Below, one piece after another: positions 39,958 through 50,178 of a DNA stretch of 56,407 nucleotides; position 1 is the first letter of the stretch; each line of letters starts with the position of its first letter. Source of the stretch: Frankiaceae bacterium (lineage in GTDB: Bacteria; Actinomycetota; Actinomycetes; JAFAQI01); contig JAVEEI010000012.1 of NCBI GenBank assembly GCA_030840525.1, positions 1 through 56,407 on the forward strand, given 5' to 3'. A model generated the notes under the pieces. That model did not search any database. It was given only the letters and a program-made list of their open reading frames with translations, and was not told the DNA's origin. Position numbers and translations under genes: made by a program.

Positions 39958-41034
39958 GTGACACTTCGGATTGGCATCGTCGGGTTGCCGAACGTCGGGA
40001 AGTCGACGCTGTTCAACGCGTTGACCGAGAACGACGTGCTGGCGGCCAACTACCCGTTCGCGACAATCGACCCGAACGTGGGGATCGTGAACGTTCCCGA
40101 CCCGCGGCTCGACGTGCTCGCGGAGATGTTCGCGAGCGCGCGGACCGTGCCGGCGACGGTGACGTTCGTCGACATCGCGGGGATCGTGCGCGGCGCCTCC
40201 GAGGGCCAAGGCCTCGGCAACAAGTTCCTGTCGCACATCCGCGAGGCGGACGCGATCTGCCAGGTGGTGCGCGTCTTCGACGACCCCGACGTGACCCACG
40301 TCGACGGTCGGGTCGACCCGAGCGAAGACATCGCGACCATCAACACCGAGCTGGTACTCGCCGACCTGCAGACGATCGACAACCGGCTCGCCCGGCTCGA
40401 ACGCGACGCGCGGATGAAACCGGAGAAGCGCGCCGAACTCGCGGCGGTGCAGGCGGCCCGTGCGGTGCTCGACACGGGCCGGCCGGTGAGCAGCGACCCG
40501 TCGCTCGACCGCGAGGCGCTGCGCGAGTCGTTTCTGTTGACCGACAAGCCGTTCATCTACGTGTTCAACCTCGACGACGGCGCGCTCGGCGACGAGGGGC
40601 TGCGGGCGAAGCTGACCGACCTGGTCGCGCCCGCCGCGGCCGTGTTCGTGAGCGCGAAGCTGGAGTCCGAGCTGATCGGGCTGTCGCCGTCGGACGCGTC
40701 CGAGTTGCTCGCGGAGTACGGCCAGCCCGACTCGGGGCTCGCGATCCTGGCCCGGGTCGGCTTCGAGACGCTCGGCCTGCAGACGTACCTCACCGCCGGG
40801 CCGAAGGAGTCGCGGGCCTGGACGATCCACCGCGGCTTCACCGCGCCGCAGGCGGCGGGCGTCATTCACACCGACTTCGAGCGCGGCTTCATCAAGGCCG
40901 AGATCGTCTCGTACGACGACCTCGTCGCGGCCGGGTCGATGGCCGCGGCGAAGGCGGCCGGCAAGGTGCGGATCGAAGGCAAGGACTACGTCATGGCCGA
41001 CGGCGACGTGGTCGAGTTCCGCTTCAACGTGTAG
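39958..41034 (+). CDS. ychF: Ribosome-binding ATPase YchF
   Basis: GLPNVGKST, ANYPFATIDPN, DIAG, AAGVIHTDFERGFI, DGDVVEFRFNV. Confidence 0.97.
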   Translation: MTLRIGIVGLPNVGKSTLFNALTENDVLAANYPFATIDPNVGIVNVPDPRLDVLAEMFASARTVPATVTFVDIAGIVRGASEGQGLGNKFLSHIREADAICQVVRVFDDPDVTHVDGRVDPSEDIATINTELVLADLQTIDNRLARLERDARMKPEKRAELAAVQAARAVLDTGRPVSSDPSLDREALRESFLLTDKPFIYVFNLDDGALGDEGLRAKLTDLVAPAAAVFVSAKLESELIGLSPSDASELLAEYGQPDSGLAILARVGFETLGLQTYLTAGPKESRAWTIHRGFTAPQAAGVIHTDFERGFIKAEIVSYDDLVAAGSMAAAKAAGKVRIEGKDYVMADGDVVEFRFNV

Positions 41035-41373
41035 GGCACGGGCGTCGCGCCTGCATCAAGTCGGCATCCGGCCTCCACGCTCCGCCCGATCCACCCGTGT
41101 CCGATGTAGGGACATCAGCGTAGACCGCTCGTTGAATCGAATCTGGCTCGACTACAACGTCCGCAGATGTCGTTCGGTTGGATTCGAAAACGCCAAACTC
41201 AACAAGTTCGATCGCCGACTGAGAGGCAATTCGCCCGCGAGGTGCCGGAAAGTTCGGACACGTCGGCATCATCCGGACGGGCTATCGGTGCCCGCGGCGT
41301 GGCGGCTAATGCTGACTAGTTATTGCGCCGATCATGGGGGGTAATCCCTACAGGGATGAACCGAGGTGGCGCC

Positions 41374-41700
41374 ATGACGTTCTCTTGTCCCAGCTGCGGC
41401 GACGAGGTGCGCACCCGCGTGCTCGCCGACCCGGTCACCCTGGTCGTCGTCGGCCACTGCGAGCAGCACGGCGTACAGGAAGTCAGCCGCGTCTACGTCG
41501 GCGAGCTGTCCGGCGAGCCGTTCGAGGTGCAGGACGAGGTCTCGACGTACCCCGACGCGGCACCGGCCGCGACGCCCGTACCCGTCACCGCCATCCGTAC
41601 GTCGTCCGCGTACCGGCCGGGCGAGTGCTGCGGCCGCCGGCTCGGCGAGTGGTCGTGGTGCCAGCTGCCGGCGAACCACCAAGAGCCGCACGCCGCGTAA
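41374..41700 (+). CDS. Small Cys/His-rich putative metal-binding protein
   Basis: CPSC...CEQH and CC...CQLPANHQEPH; GAGGTG RBS; GC3-biased codons. Confidence 0.6.
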   Translation: MTFSCPSCGDEVRTRVLADPVTLVVVGHCEQHGVQEVSRVYVGELSGEPFEVQDEVSTYPDAAPAATPVPVTAIRTSSAYRPGECCGRRLGEWSWCQLPANHQEPHAA

Positions 41701-41727
41701 CCGCACTCATCGCGGCTCATCGCAGGC

Positions 41728-42765
41728 TCATCGCGCGAGGAAGAGGTACTCCTCGACCCGGTTATTCGCGTTGCCGACGCGATGCCCATGGGTGCCGAAG
41801 CTGTAGACGTGCTCGACGCTGACGACGTCGACACAACGCCACCGCGCTCGCAACATCGCGAGCATCTCGTCCTTGCTGGGCAAGCAGTTGCTGCTGTACG
41901 ACACGAGCACGTCGTGACCCTGGACCCGCAACACGTCGAACAACGTCTCGAACGACGCGTACGCCGCCGCCCTGGTCTGGAACTCGCGGTGCGGGCTGGC
42001 GAACTTCTTCGTCTTCGTGTGCGGTTGCAACTCCAGGTCACGCCAGTACGACACGAGTCCTTCGAGGAAGTGGTAGCGCCGGGTGTAGTCGTTGTCCGAG
42101 CGAGTGCTGAAGTACGGCGGGTCGACGTACACCAACGAGGGCTCGTCGATGTCGAGCGACGTCGCCGAACCGTGCCGCGCTTCATGCGACAGACCGTTGT
42201 CGAACACCGCGGCGTTCCACGCGTCGACCGACGCGCGGAAGTGGTCGGCGAGCGACGTGCGCAAGTCGGCGCGGCCGTCGTCGTACCGCATCCCGACATA
42301 CGTGAACACGCCGCGCGGTCGCCGTTTCAGGCACGCGCGCGTCATCGCGGCGTATGCGAGCGACTGCGCGTACGGGTCGGTCAACGCGGCGGCGTTCTCG
42401 CTGAACGCGTCGAGCAGCGCGTTCTCGTCGTCGGTGAAGTAGAGGTCGGCGAACGTGTCGGCGATGAAGGTGCCGGCGTTGCGGCTCGGCGCGAGCAATC
42501 CGTCGCACTCGTCCGGCGTCAACCGCACGCTGCTGTTCTCGACGGCCGCGCGGGCCCAGTGGTAGGCGAACGCGAGTACATCGTTGGTGACGACGCGGTA
42601 GCCGCGGGACTTCATGTGGTGCGCGACGCAGCCGGACCCGGAGAACGCGTCGACGAAGGTACGGCGGGACGAGTGCGCCGCGACGTCGGCGATGTGGCCG
42701 AGCAGACGTTGCTTCGACCCCATGAATCGCGTGTCCGGGTAGACAGCGGCGCTAGTCGTTGGCAA
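41728..42765 (-). CDS. DNA adenine methyltransferase (D12 class, FokI-MTase-half-like)
   Basis: RFMGSK, DAFSGSG, YVDPPY, YHFLEGL, LVSYSS, VEEYLF; probable TTG start overlapping the upstream MTase. Confidence 0.88.
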   Translation of the reverse strand: MPTTSAAVYPDTRFMGSKQRLLGHIADVAAHSSRRTFVDAFSGSGCVAHHMKSRGYRVVTNDVLAFAYHWARAAVENSSVRLTPDECDGLLAPSRNAGTFIADTFADLYFTDDENALLDAFSENAAALTDPYAQSLAYAAMTRACLKRRPRGVFTYVGMRYDDGRADLRTSLADHFRASVDAWNAAVFDNGLSHEARHGSATSLDIDEPSLVYVDPPYFSTRSDNDYTRRYHFLEGLVSYWRDLELQPHTKTKKFASPHREFQTRAAAYASFETLFDVLRVQGHDVLVSYSSNCLPSKDEMLAMLRARWRCVDVVSVEHVYSFGTHGHRVGNANNRVEEYLFLAR

Positions 42766-43549
42766 CGAGCACCTCGCGCACCGGCCCGCGCCCGGCGCCG
42801 TTGGAGTTGATCGCGCGACGCGACGTGACCTCGTGGATCGTCCAGTCGGCGTACAGGTCGAGCACGAGCGGGGTGTGCGCGTTCGACAGCCGGACATGGC
42901 AGCCGCGCGCGTCGAGCTCCTTAAACAACCGCGCGAGCTGCTCGTGGTCGTCGTCGCGGAACTGCTCGCGGTGGTACCGCCGGAAGTCGGCGTACCCGCC
43001 GGCCGGGACGTACGGCGGGTCGAGGTAGACGAGGTCGCCGGCACCGGCGGTTGCACACGCGTCCTCGTAGCCGGTCGCCGTGAAGCGCGCGCCCTGGAGC
43101 GCGGCGGACGCGGCTCGCAGCACCTGCTCCGCCACGAGCGTCGGGTTGCGGTACCGGCCGTACGGCGTGTTGAACTCGCCGCGGCGGTTCACCCGGTAGA
43201 GCCCGTTGAAGCAGGTGCGGTTGAGGTAGATCAGCCGCGCCGCGCGGGTGACGTCGTCGAGGTCATCGGGCCGCTGGGCGCGCACGTGCTGGTAGTGCTC
43301 TGCGGTGTTGACGTGCTCGGCGAGCGCCCGCAGCAGCTCGTCGACCCGGTCGCGGACGACGGCGTAACAGTTGACCAGCTCCTCGTTGGCATCGTTGAGG
43401 TACGCGCGGGCGGGCGCGAGCGCGAAGAACAGCGCACCGCCGCCGACGAACGGCTCGTAGTAGTCGCCGTACGTCGACGGCATCAGCGGAGTCAGGACGG
43501 GCAGCAACGCCCGCTTGCCGCCGGCCCACTTCAGGAACGGCGCGGTCAC
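42752..43549 (-). CDS. Dam-family DNA adenine methyltransferase
   Basis: PFLKWAGGK, EPFVGGGA, YLNRTCFNGLYRVN, YLDPPY, LSN. Confidence 0.92.
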   Translation of the reverse strand: MTAPFLKWAGGKRALLPVLTPLMPSTYGDYYEPFVGGGALFFALAPARAYLNDANEELVNCYAVVRDRVDELLRALAEHVNTAEHYQHVRAQRPDDLDDVTRAARLIYLNRTCFNGLYRVNRRGEFNTPYGRYRNPTLVAEQVLRAASAALQGARFTATGYEDACATAGAGDLVYLDPPYVPAGGYADFRRYHREQFRDDDHEQLARLFKELDARGCHVRLSNAHTPLVLDLYADWTIHEVTSRRAINSNGAGRGPVREVLVAND

Positions 43550-43636
43550 GTCCTCGATCCTCCTCGTCCACAACCTCGGCGGGTCGGCGGCGCGCCGTAC
43601 CGGAAACTGTCGGCGGCCTGGGCGACGATTCCTGGC

Positions 43637-45064
43637 ATGACCGCCATCACTGTGCTGCTCGCGCTGGCCATGCTCGGCGCCGGGCTCGCGATCGGCTGGG
43701 CGCTGGCCCGCGCCAAGATCGTCGGCGACGGCGCCGGAGTGCTCGCGGAGCGCGACGCCGCCCGGGCCGAGACCGCTCAGCTGCGGGCCGAGCGCGACGC
43801 GGTCGCGGCCGAGGTGCGGGCGGCCGAGGCGCGGGTCGCGAGCACGGAGGCGACGCTCGCCGCCGAGCGGCGCGCGGCGGCCGACAAGATCGTGCTGCTG
43901 GAGCGCGCGCAGGCGCAGCTCAAGGACACGTTCGACAGCCTCGCGAAGGACGCGCTGCGGCACAACAACGCGCAGTTCCTCGACCTGGCCGACACCCGGC
44001 TCAAGCAGGCGGGCGCGCCGCTCACCGAGACGCTGACCAAGGTCGAGCAGCAGATGCGCGAGATCGAGAAGGAGCGGGCCGGTGCCCAGCGTGCGCTGGC
44101 CGACCAGATCGAGCGGGTCCGGCTGTCCGGCGACGAGCTCAAGCGGGAGACCGCCGCGCTGGTGAGCGCGCTGCGCAAGCCACAGGCGCGGGGCCGGTGG
44201 GGCGAGCTGCAGCTGCGCCGGTGCATCGAGTTCGCCGGCATGACCGACCGGTGCGACTTCACCGAGCAGGCCAGCGTGCAGACCGCCGACGGGCTGCTGC
44301 GGCCCGACCTGGTGGTCCGGCTGGTCGGCGGCAAGAGCATCGTCGTCGACTCCAAGGTGACGCTCGCGGCTTATCTCGAGGCACACGACGCGGTCGACGA
44401 CGCCGTCCGGGAGGAGCGGTTGGCCGCGCACGCCCGGCACCTGCGCACCCACGTCGACCAGCTCGCCGCCAAGGCCTACTGGTCGCAGTTCTCCCCCGCG
44501 CCCGAGTTCGTCGTGCTGTTCGTGCCCGGCGACGCGTTCCTCGCCGCCGCGCTCGACCGCGACGGCGACCTGCTCGACTACGCGTTCAACAAGCGGATCC
44601 ACATCGCCACCCCGACGACGTTGATCTCTGTGCTGCGGACCTGCGCCTATGCGTGGCAGCAGGACGCGCTCGCGGCCAATGCGCGCGAAGTGTTCGACCT
44701 CGGCCGCGAGCTCTACCTGCGGATCGGCAAGCTTGGCGCCAAGGTCGAGACGCTCGGCAAGCGGCTAGGCAGCACGGTCGGCGCCTACAACGAGGCGGTC
44801 GCGTCGCTCGAAAGTCGAGTGCTGCCCCAGGCGCGCAAGCTGCGCGACCTCAAGGTCGTCGACGACGACCTGGTCGAGCCGCAGCCGGTCGAGGAGGCGG
44901 TCCGGCCGATCGCGGCCGCCGAGTTGGTAGCCGCGGCCGAGGAGAGCCGCGCGGTAGTCGCATTGCCGGCGGCGGCGCTGCTCGGCGACGAGCTCGACCG
45001 GCCGGAGGACTACGGCCTCGGTACGACGGCGCCGGACGCGCAGCGCAAGACCAGCGCGGGGTAA
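43637..45064 (+). CDS. rmuC: DNA recombination protein RmuC
   Basis: N-terminal TM and coiled coil; RGRWGELQL, RPD, VDSK, PEFVVLFVPGD, ATPTTL. Confidence 0.92.
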   Translation: MTAITVLLALAMLGAGLAIGWALARAKIVGDGAGVLAERDAARAETAQLRAERDAVAAEVRAAEARVASTEATLAAERRAAADKIVLLERAQAQLKDTFDSLAKDALRHNNAQFLDLADTRLKQAGAPLTETLTKVEQQMREIEKERAGAQRALADQIERVRLSGDELKRETAALVSALRKPQARGRWGELQLRRCIEFAGMTDRCDFTEQASVQTADGLLRPDLVVRLVGGKSIVVDSKVTLAAYLEAHDAVDDAVREERLAAHARHLRTHVDQLAAKAYWSQFSPAPEFVVLFVPGDAFLAAALDRDGDLLDYAFNKRIHIATPTTLISVLRTCAYAWQQDALAANAREVFDLGRELYLRIGKLGAKVETLGKRLGSTVGAYNEAVASLESRVLPQARKLRDLKVVDDDLVEPQPVEEAVRPIAAAELVAAAEESRAVVALPAAALLGDELDRPEDYGLGTTAPDAQRKTSAG

Positions 45065-45074
45065 CCCGCGGCGG

Positions 45075-46133
45075 TCAGCGCGACGCGGCCGGTGACGCCG
45101 CGGCCGGCGATGCAGCGGCCGGCGATGCAGCGGCCGGTGATGTCGCGGCCGGTGCGCCGGCGGGCGAGCTGGCGCGCAGGTCGCGGCGTAGCTCCGGCGG
45201 CAGCGCGAACGTCAAGTGCTCCTCTGCCGACGTCACCTGCTGTACGTCGGCGAACCCGTGGCCGGCCAGCCAGTCGAGCACTTCGTGTACCAGCGACTCC
45301 GGCACCGACGCGCCGCTCGTCACCCCGACGGTCGACACCCCGTCGAGCCACGCCTCGTCGATGTGGCTGACGTCGTCGACCAGCCGGGCGTCGCGGGCGC
45401 CCGCGTCGCGGGCCACCTCGACCAGCCGGACCGAGTTGGACGAGTTGCCCGACCCGACGACGAGCACCAGCTCGGAGCTCGCCGCGATCTCCTTCACGGC
45501 GATCTGCCTGTTCTGCGTCGCGTAGCAGATGTCGTCGCTCGGCGGGTCCATCAGCAGCGGGAACCGCGCCCGCAGCGCCGCCACCGTCTCCAGCGTCTCG
45601 TCGACCGACAGCGTCGTCTGCGACAGCCAGGCGACCTTCGCCGGGTCGCGTACCTCGACTGCGGCCGCACCGGCCGGGCCGTCGACGAGGTGCACCCGGT
45701 CGGGCGCCTCGCCGGTCGTACCAACGACCTCCTCGTGCCCCTCGTGGCCGATCAGCAGGATGTCGTAGCCCTCGCGGTCGAACCGCCGCGCCTCGGCGTG
45801 CACCTTCGTCACCAGCGGGCAGGTCGCGTCGATCGTCCGCAGCCCGCGCGCCGACGCCTCCTCGTGCACGACCGGCGCGACACCATGAGCGGAGAACACG
45901 ACGACCGACCCCTCGGGCACCTCGGCCGTCTCGTCGACGAAGACCGCCCCGCGCGCCTCCAGGCCGCGGACGACGTGCGAGTTGTGCACGATCTGCTTGC
46001 GCACGTACACCGGCGCGCCGTACAGGTCGAGGGCCCGCTCGACCGTCTGCACGGCCCGGTCGACGCCGGCGCAGTAGCCTCGCGGGCTGGCCAGCAGTAC
46101 CCGCCGGGTGCCGGCGCTGTCGGTGGAGCTCAC
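45075..46133 (-). CDS. ispH: 4-hydroxy-3-methylbut-2-enyl diphosphate reductase
   Basis: [43 protein letters not shown]. Confidence 0.96.
   Translation of the reverse strand: MSSTDSAGTRRVLLASPRGYCAGVDRAVQTVERALDLYGAPVYVRKQIVHNSHVVRGLEARGAVFVDETAEVPEGSVVVFSAHGVAPVVHEEASARGLRTIDATCPLVTKVHAEARRFDREGYDILLIGHEGHEEVVGTTGEAPDRVHLVDGPAGAAAVEVRDPAKVAWLSQTTLSVDETLETVAALRARFPLLMDPPSDDICYATQNRQIAVKEIAASSELVLVVGSGNSSNSVRLVEVARDAGARDARLVDDVSHIDEAWLDGVSTVGVTSGASVPESLVHEVLDWLAGHGFADVQQVTSAEEHLTFALPPELRRDLRASSPAGAPAATSPAAASPAAASPAAASPAASR
45085..45154. repeat. 15-bp tandem repeat (about 4.7 copies) in the 3' end of ispH
   Basis: GCGGCCGGYGAYGYM units encoding SPAAA-type pentapeptide repeats. Confidence 0.85.
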
Positions 46134-46226
46134 CGGTCCAGGCTACGCACCGCCGGTTACGGCCCCGGCCGCATCGGGCAGGCTTGCAGGTGACGGGCGC
46201 AGTTTCGTCCGCGGAAAGGGAGACCG

Positions 46227-46916
46227 ATGGGACTCGCTCGACACGCCAGCCGACTGCCGTTGACCGCCATCTCGTGGAGCCTCGCCGCGTGGGAGCGCAG
46301 CGCCGGGCTCCGGGAGTTCGCGCTCCGGCGCGGCAACGAGGCGCTCCAGATCGCCGCGCACACCCCACTCGGCCGGCTGCTGCCGACGCTCGACCTCGAC
46401 GACGGCGCCGACGAGGAAGCCGCCCGCATCGCGGCCGCCGTACGCACCGAGCCGGCGACGCCGCCGGCGAAAGCCAGCCGTACGACGCCAACCCGCGCCC
46501 CCCAGCAGACCCAACAGACGACGACCGCAGCCAAACCAGCGCCGAAGCCGGAGCCGGAGCCGAAAGCTGCGCCGACACCCGAGCCCGAGCCGGCGGCCAG
46601 CGCCCTCACCCCGAGCGCGGTCTCGACCGAGGTCGAGCAGATCGTCGAGCAGGTCGTCGACCAGCTCGCGATCCCGGAGCCGGAGACGCGCGACGAGCTG
46701 CCGATCCCCGACTTCGACAACATCACGCTCGGGTCGCTGCGGGCCAGGCTGCGCAACCTCAGCGTCGAGCAGCTCGTGGCGCTGCGCGAGTGGGAGCAGG
46801 CGCACGCGCACCGGATGCCGGTGCTCACCGCGCTCGACAACCGGATCGCGAAGCTCGGCCCGGCCGACGCCTACCCGGACGGCGGCAAGCCGAGCACCCC
46901 GACGCGCTCCGGCTAG
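46227..46916 (+). CDS. Hypothetical protein with Rv1109c-like C-terminal domain
   Basis: [40 protein letters not shown]; located between ispH and xseA. Confidence 0.65.
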   Translation: MGLARHASRLPLTAISWSLAAWERSAGLREFALRRGNEALQIAAHTPLGRLLPTLDLDDGADEEAARIAAAVRTEPATPPAKASRTTPTRAPQQTQQTTTAAKPAPKPEPEPKAAPTPEPEPAASALTPSAVSTEVEQIVEQVVDQLAIPEPETRDELPIPDFDNITLGSLRARLRNLSVEQLVALREWEQAHAHRMPVLTALDNRIAKLGPADAYPDGGKPSTPTRSG

Positions 46917-46926
46917 CCCGCCTACA

Positions 46927-48150
46927 GTGAGCGCCGTGCCGCTCACGTCCTCCCCCGAGCAACCGATCCCGGTCCGGACGGTCGCCCGGGCGATGGCCGA
47001 CTGGGTCGGCCGGCTCGGCCGGGTCTGGGTCGAGGGCCAGGTCACCGAGGTCAGCCGCCGCGGCGGCCAGCCGCGCTGCTTCTTCGTACTGCGCGACACC
47101 GCCGCGGATATGTCGCTGCAGGTCTCGTGCCCGCGCCAGCTCGTCGACGACCTCCAGCCGCCGCTCGCCGACGGCACCCGCGTCGTCGTCTGGCTCAAGC
47201 CGGAGTTCTGGACCGGCCGCGGCCAGCTGTCGATGACCGCGTACGACGTCCGCCCGGTCGGTGTCGGCGCGCTGCTCGCCCGGCTCGAGCAGCTCCGGGC
47301 GACGCTCGCGGCCGAGGGGCTGTTCGCCGCCGAACGCAAGCGGCCGCTGCCGTTCCTGCCGGCGAAGGTCGGCCTGGTCACCGGCCGCGAGAGCGCGGCC
47401 GAGCGCGACGTCGTCGACAACGCCCGCCGCCGCTGGCCCGCGGTGGCGTTCGCGATCGAGAACGTCGCGGTGCAAGGCCCGTACGCCGCCGCCGAGGTCA
47501 TCGCGGCCCTCGGCCGGCTCGACGCCGACGACAGCGTCGACGTGATCGTGCTCGCGCGCGGCGGCGGCTCGGTCGAGGACCTGCTGCCGTTCTCCGACGA
47601 GGCGCTGGTGCGCGCGGTCGCGGCGTGCCGGACCCCGGTCGTCACCGCGATCGGCCACGAGACCGACGCGCCGCTCGTCGACCACGTCGCGGACCGGCGC
47701 GCGTCGACTCCGACCGACGCGGCGAAGCTCGTCGTACCCGACGTCGCGGAGGAGGCGCAGCGCGTCCGGCAGCTTCGGGCGCGGGCGCACCGGCATCTCG
47801 CCGGCCGGATCGACGCCGAGGCGCACCGGCTCGTCGCGTTGCTGTCCAGGCCGTCGTTCGCCGACCCGCTCGGCCAGCTCGACGGGTACGCGGCCGGGCT
47901 CGCGGCCCTGCGGGAACGCAGCCGGCGGGCGGCCCTCGGTTGCGTCCACGCCGCCGCGACCGACGTCGCGCACCTCGCCGGCCAGGTCGCCGCGCTGTCG
48001 CCACAGGGCACGCTCGACCGCGGGTACGCCGTCGTCCAGCGCGCGGGCGGGGCCGTCGTCCGCGACCCGGCCGAGGTCGCGACGGCCGAGCGGCTCGACG
48101 TACGGGTCGCGGCCGGGCGGTTCGCCGTCACCGTCACGGAGGGGCCATGA
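46927..48150 (+). CDS. xseA: Exodeoxyribonuclease VII large subunit
   Basis: [47 protein letters not shown]. Confidence 0.95.
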   Translation: MSAVPLTSSPEQPIPVRTVARAMADWVGRLGRVWVEGQVTEVSRRGGQPRCFFVLRDTAADMSLQVSCPRQLVDDLQPPLADGTRVVVWLKPEFWTGRGQLSMTAYDVRPVGVGALLARLEQLRATLAAEGLFAAERKRPLPFLPAKVGLVTGRESAAERDVVDNARRRWPAVAFAIENVAVQGPYAAAEVIAALGRLDADDSVDVIVLARGGGSVEDLLPFSDEALVRAVAACRTPVVTAIGHETDAPLVDHVADRRASTPTDAAKLVVPDVAEEAQRVRQLRARAHRHLAGRIDAEAHRLVALLSRPSFADPLGQLDGYAAGLAALRERSRRAALGCVHAAATDVAHLAGQVAALSPQGTLDRGYAVVQRAGGAVVRDPAEVATAERLDVRVAAGRFAVTVTEGP

Positions 48151-48350
48151 CCGAGCCGCGACCGAGCTACGAGCAGGCCCGCGACGAGCTGACCGACATC
48201 GTCCGGCGGCTCGAAGCCGGCGGCGTCACGCTCGAAGAGTCGCTCGCGCTGTGGGAGCGCGGCGAGGCGCTCGCGCGGATCTGCCAGGAGCTCCTCGACG
48301 GCGCCAAGGGGCGGCTCGCCGCCGCGGCTCCCGACGGCGACGAGGGCTAG
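48147..48350 (+). CDS. xseB: Exodeoxyribonuclease VII small subunit
   Basis: [34 protein letters not shown]. Confidence 0.93.
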   Translation: MTEPRPSYEQARDELTDIVRRLEAGGVTLEESLALWERGEALARICQELLDGAKGRLAAAAPDGDEG

Positions 48351-48944
48351 CTAGGCGGAGCCTGGCCGCAGCGAGGCGCAGAGCCGGTCGAGGTCGGCCG
48401 CGGGCGCGTCGCCGGTGACGACGATCGTCAGCCCGCCGGTGAACAAGGTGCGCGCCATCTCGCCCCGGTCGGAGAAGCGCACGTCCCACGCGACGCCGCC
48501 GATCGTCGCCGTACCGGTCGTCGCCGCGCCCCGCTTGCCGAGCACGTCCGCGATCAGCGCGGCACCGTCGCCAGCCGTCTCGTCCACCCCGGCGTAGTGG
48601 CTGCCGGGCGTGACGAAGCCGATGTGCAGCCGCTCGTTCGTCGCCGACGAGCCGGTGAGGTTCGCGGCGTTCGCGCGCCACGACGACGGCAGGCCGACCG
48701 GCGCGAACGCGGGATGGTGCGTGACCTGCCCGAAACCCTGGACGACGTCGGAGTAGTCGGTCGCCGGCATCCGGTCGTTGCGGTCCGGGAAGATCAGCCC
48801 GCGGGCCGGCGTCGCGAGCAGCACGAACGCCATGATGGCGAGCATCAGGCCGAGCGAGCGGCCCATGTCGAGCAGGCTGTCGCGCAGGCTCTTCGGCCGC
48901 GCGACCCGCGTCGTCGGCACCGGCTCGGGGCTCGCCGTGCTCAC
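48351..48944 (-). CDS. DUF4245-like membrane-anchored protein
   Basis: DMGRSL + TM, LPSSWRANA, IGFVTP, VVTGDA; GTGA overlap with the upstream gene. Confidence 0.7.
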   Translation of the reverse strand: MSTASPEPVPTTRVARPKSLRDSLLDMGRSLGLMLAIMAFVLLATPARGLIFPDRNDRMPATDYSDVVQGFGQVTHHPAFAPVGLPSSWRANAANLTGSSATNERLHIGFVTPGSHYAGVDETAGDGAALIADVLGKRGAATTGTATIGGVAWDVRFSDRGEMARTLFTGGLTIVVTGDAPAADLDRLCASLRPGSA

Positions 48945-50113
48945 GACGCCGCCAGCTCCGCGATCGCGTCGAGCACCTCGACGCACTCGTCGGTCGTGTT
49001 GTAGAAGTGCGGCCCGATCCGGATGCCGCCGCCGGGCCGGTAGTCGACGAGGATCTTGCGCTCGATCAACGCGTCGTGCACGCGCTTCGCGTTGCCGGGA
49101 TCGATCGTGACGTGACCGCCGCGACGGTTCGGGTCGTCCGGCGAACGTACGTCGAACCCGCGCTCCAATGCGCCGTCGAGCAGCAACTGCGTGAGCGACT
49201 GCGAACGCTCGCGGATCCGCTCGATGCCGATGTCGACGATGGCCTGGTAACCGGGGGCGGCGGCGTACGCCGCGGGCACGTTCGGCGTACCGCCGGCGAA
49301 CCGGCCGATGCCGTCGGCGTACCGGATGTCGTCCCACTCGAACGCGAACGGCTCGGCGTGCGAGATCCAGCCGACCGCGGCCGGACGCAACGTCTCGACG
49401 AGCCGCGGCGCGACCGAGAGCCAGCCGTTGCCGGGCCCGCCGCAGAGGAACTTCACCGAGCCGCCGACGCAGATGTCGACGTCGTACGCGGCCATGTCGA
49501 CCGGCAGGCAGCCCGCGGCTTGGTATGCGTCGAGGACGACGACCGCGCCGTGCCGGTGCGCGGCCTCGACGACCGGCGCGAGGTCGAGCAACGCCGACGT
49601 GCGGAACTGCACGAGGCTGACCGACACGAGCAGCGTGCGGTCGTCGATCGCGTCGACGATGCGATCGGTCGACACGCTGATGCCGCCTTCGTCGTACGGT
49701 ACGACGACGAGCTCGCCGCCGTGCCGGCGTACCTGCTCGGTCCAGAAGTAGTGCGAGCCCGGCCAGTCGGCGGCGGTCGTGACGACCTTCGACCGCGCGG
49801 TGCCGCCGAGGTCGAAGCACGACGCGACACTCGCGAGCGCGTCCGCGACGTTCGCCCGCAACACGGTGCTGCCCGGCGCCGCGCCGATGACGGTCCCGAC
49901 GAGGTCGGCAACGCGCATCATCTCCGGGAACCACGTGTTCCACGCGACGACGCCTTCGCTGTCCCAGAGGTCGGCGAAGTCGTCGAGCCGGCGCCGCGTC
50001 TCGCGGTGCATCGCGCCGAGCGAGTTGTTGATGAGGTACGTACGGCGGTCGAGGATCGGGTAGTCGGCGCGCCGGTCGAGCAGCTCCGGGTGGGCGCCGG
50101 CGGTCGTGGTCAC
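48941..50113 (-). CDS. Class V PLP-dependent enzyme (kynureninase-like)
   Basis: YLINNSLG, DAYQAAG, GGSVKFLCGGPG, VGW, GGTP, RGGHV, GIRIGPHFYN. Confidence 0.78.
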   Translation of the reverse strand: MTTTAGAHPELLDRRADYPILDRRTYLINNSLGAMHRETRRRLDDFADLWDSEGVVAWNTWFPEMMRVADLVGTVIGAAPGSTVLRANVADALASVASCFDLGGTARSKVVTTAADWPGSHYFWTEQVRRHGGELVVVPYDEGGISVSTDRIVDAIDDRTLLVSVSLVQFRTSALLDLAPVVEAAHRHGAVVVLDAYQAAGCLPVDMAAYDVDICVGGSVKFLCGGPGNGWLSVAPRLVETLRPAAVGWISHAEPFAFEWDDIRYADGIGRFAGGTPNVPAAYAAAPGYQAIVDIGIERIRERSQSLTQLLLDGALERGFDVRSPDDPNRRGGHVTIDPGNAKRVHDALIERKILVDYRPGGGIRIGPHFYNTTDECVEVLDAIAELAAS

Positions 50114-50178
50114 GCCGCCATCCTTCCAGGTCCGAAAACCGCCAGCGGTCTGTCGGCGCGGTAGGCCATGCTGGACCC

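Noticed and set aside
43637-45064. RmuC as the restriction partner of the MTase pair
   Set aside because: It has a nuclease-like fold, but it is a core gene normally found beside ychF/ispH and is transcribed divergently
50130-50146. Ada-box-like site GTCCGAAAACCGCCAGC upstream of alkA
   Set aside because: Position is plausible, but I cannot match it reliably to a defined consensus without alignment
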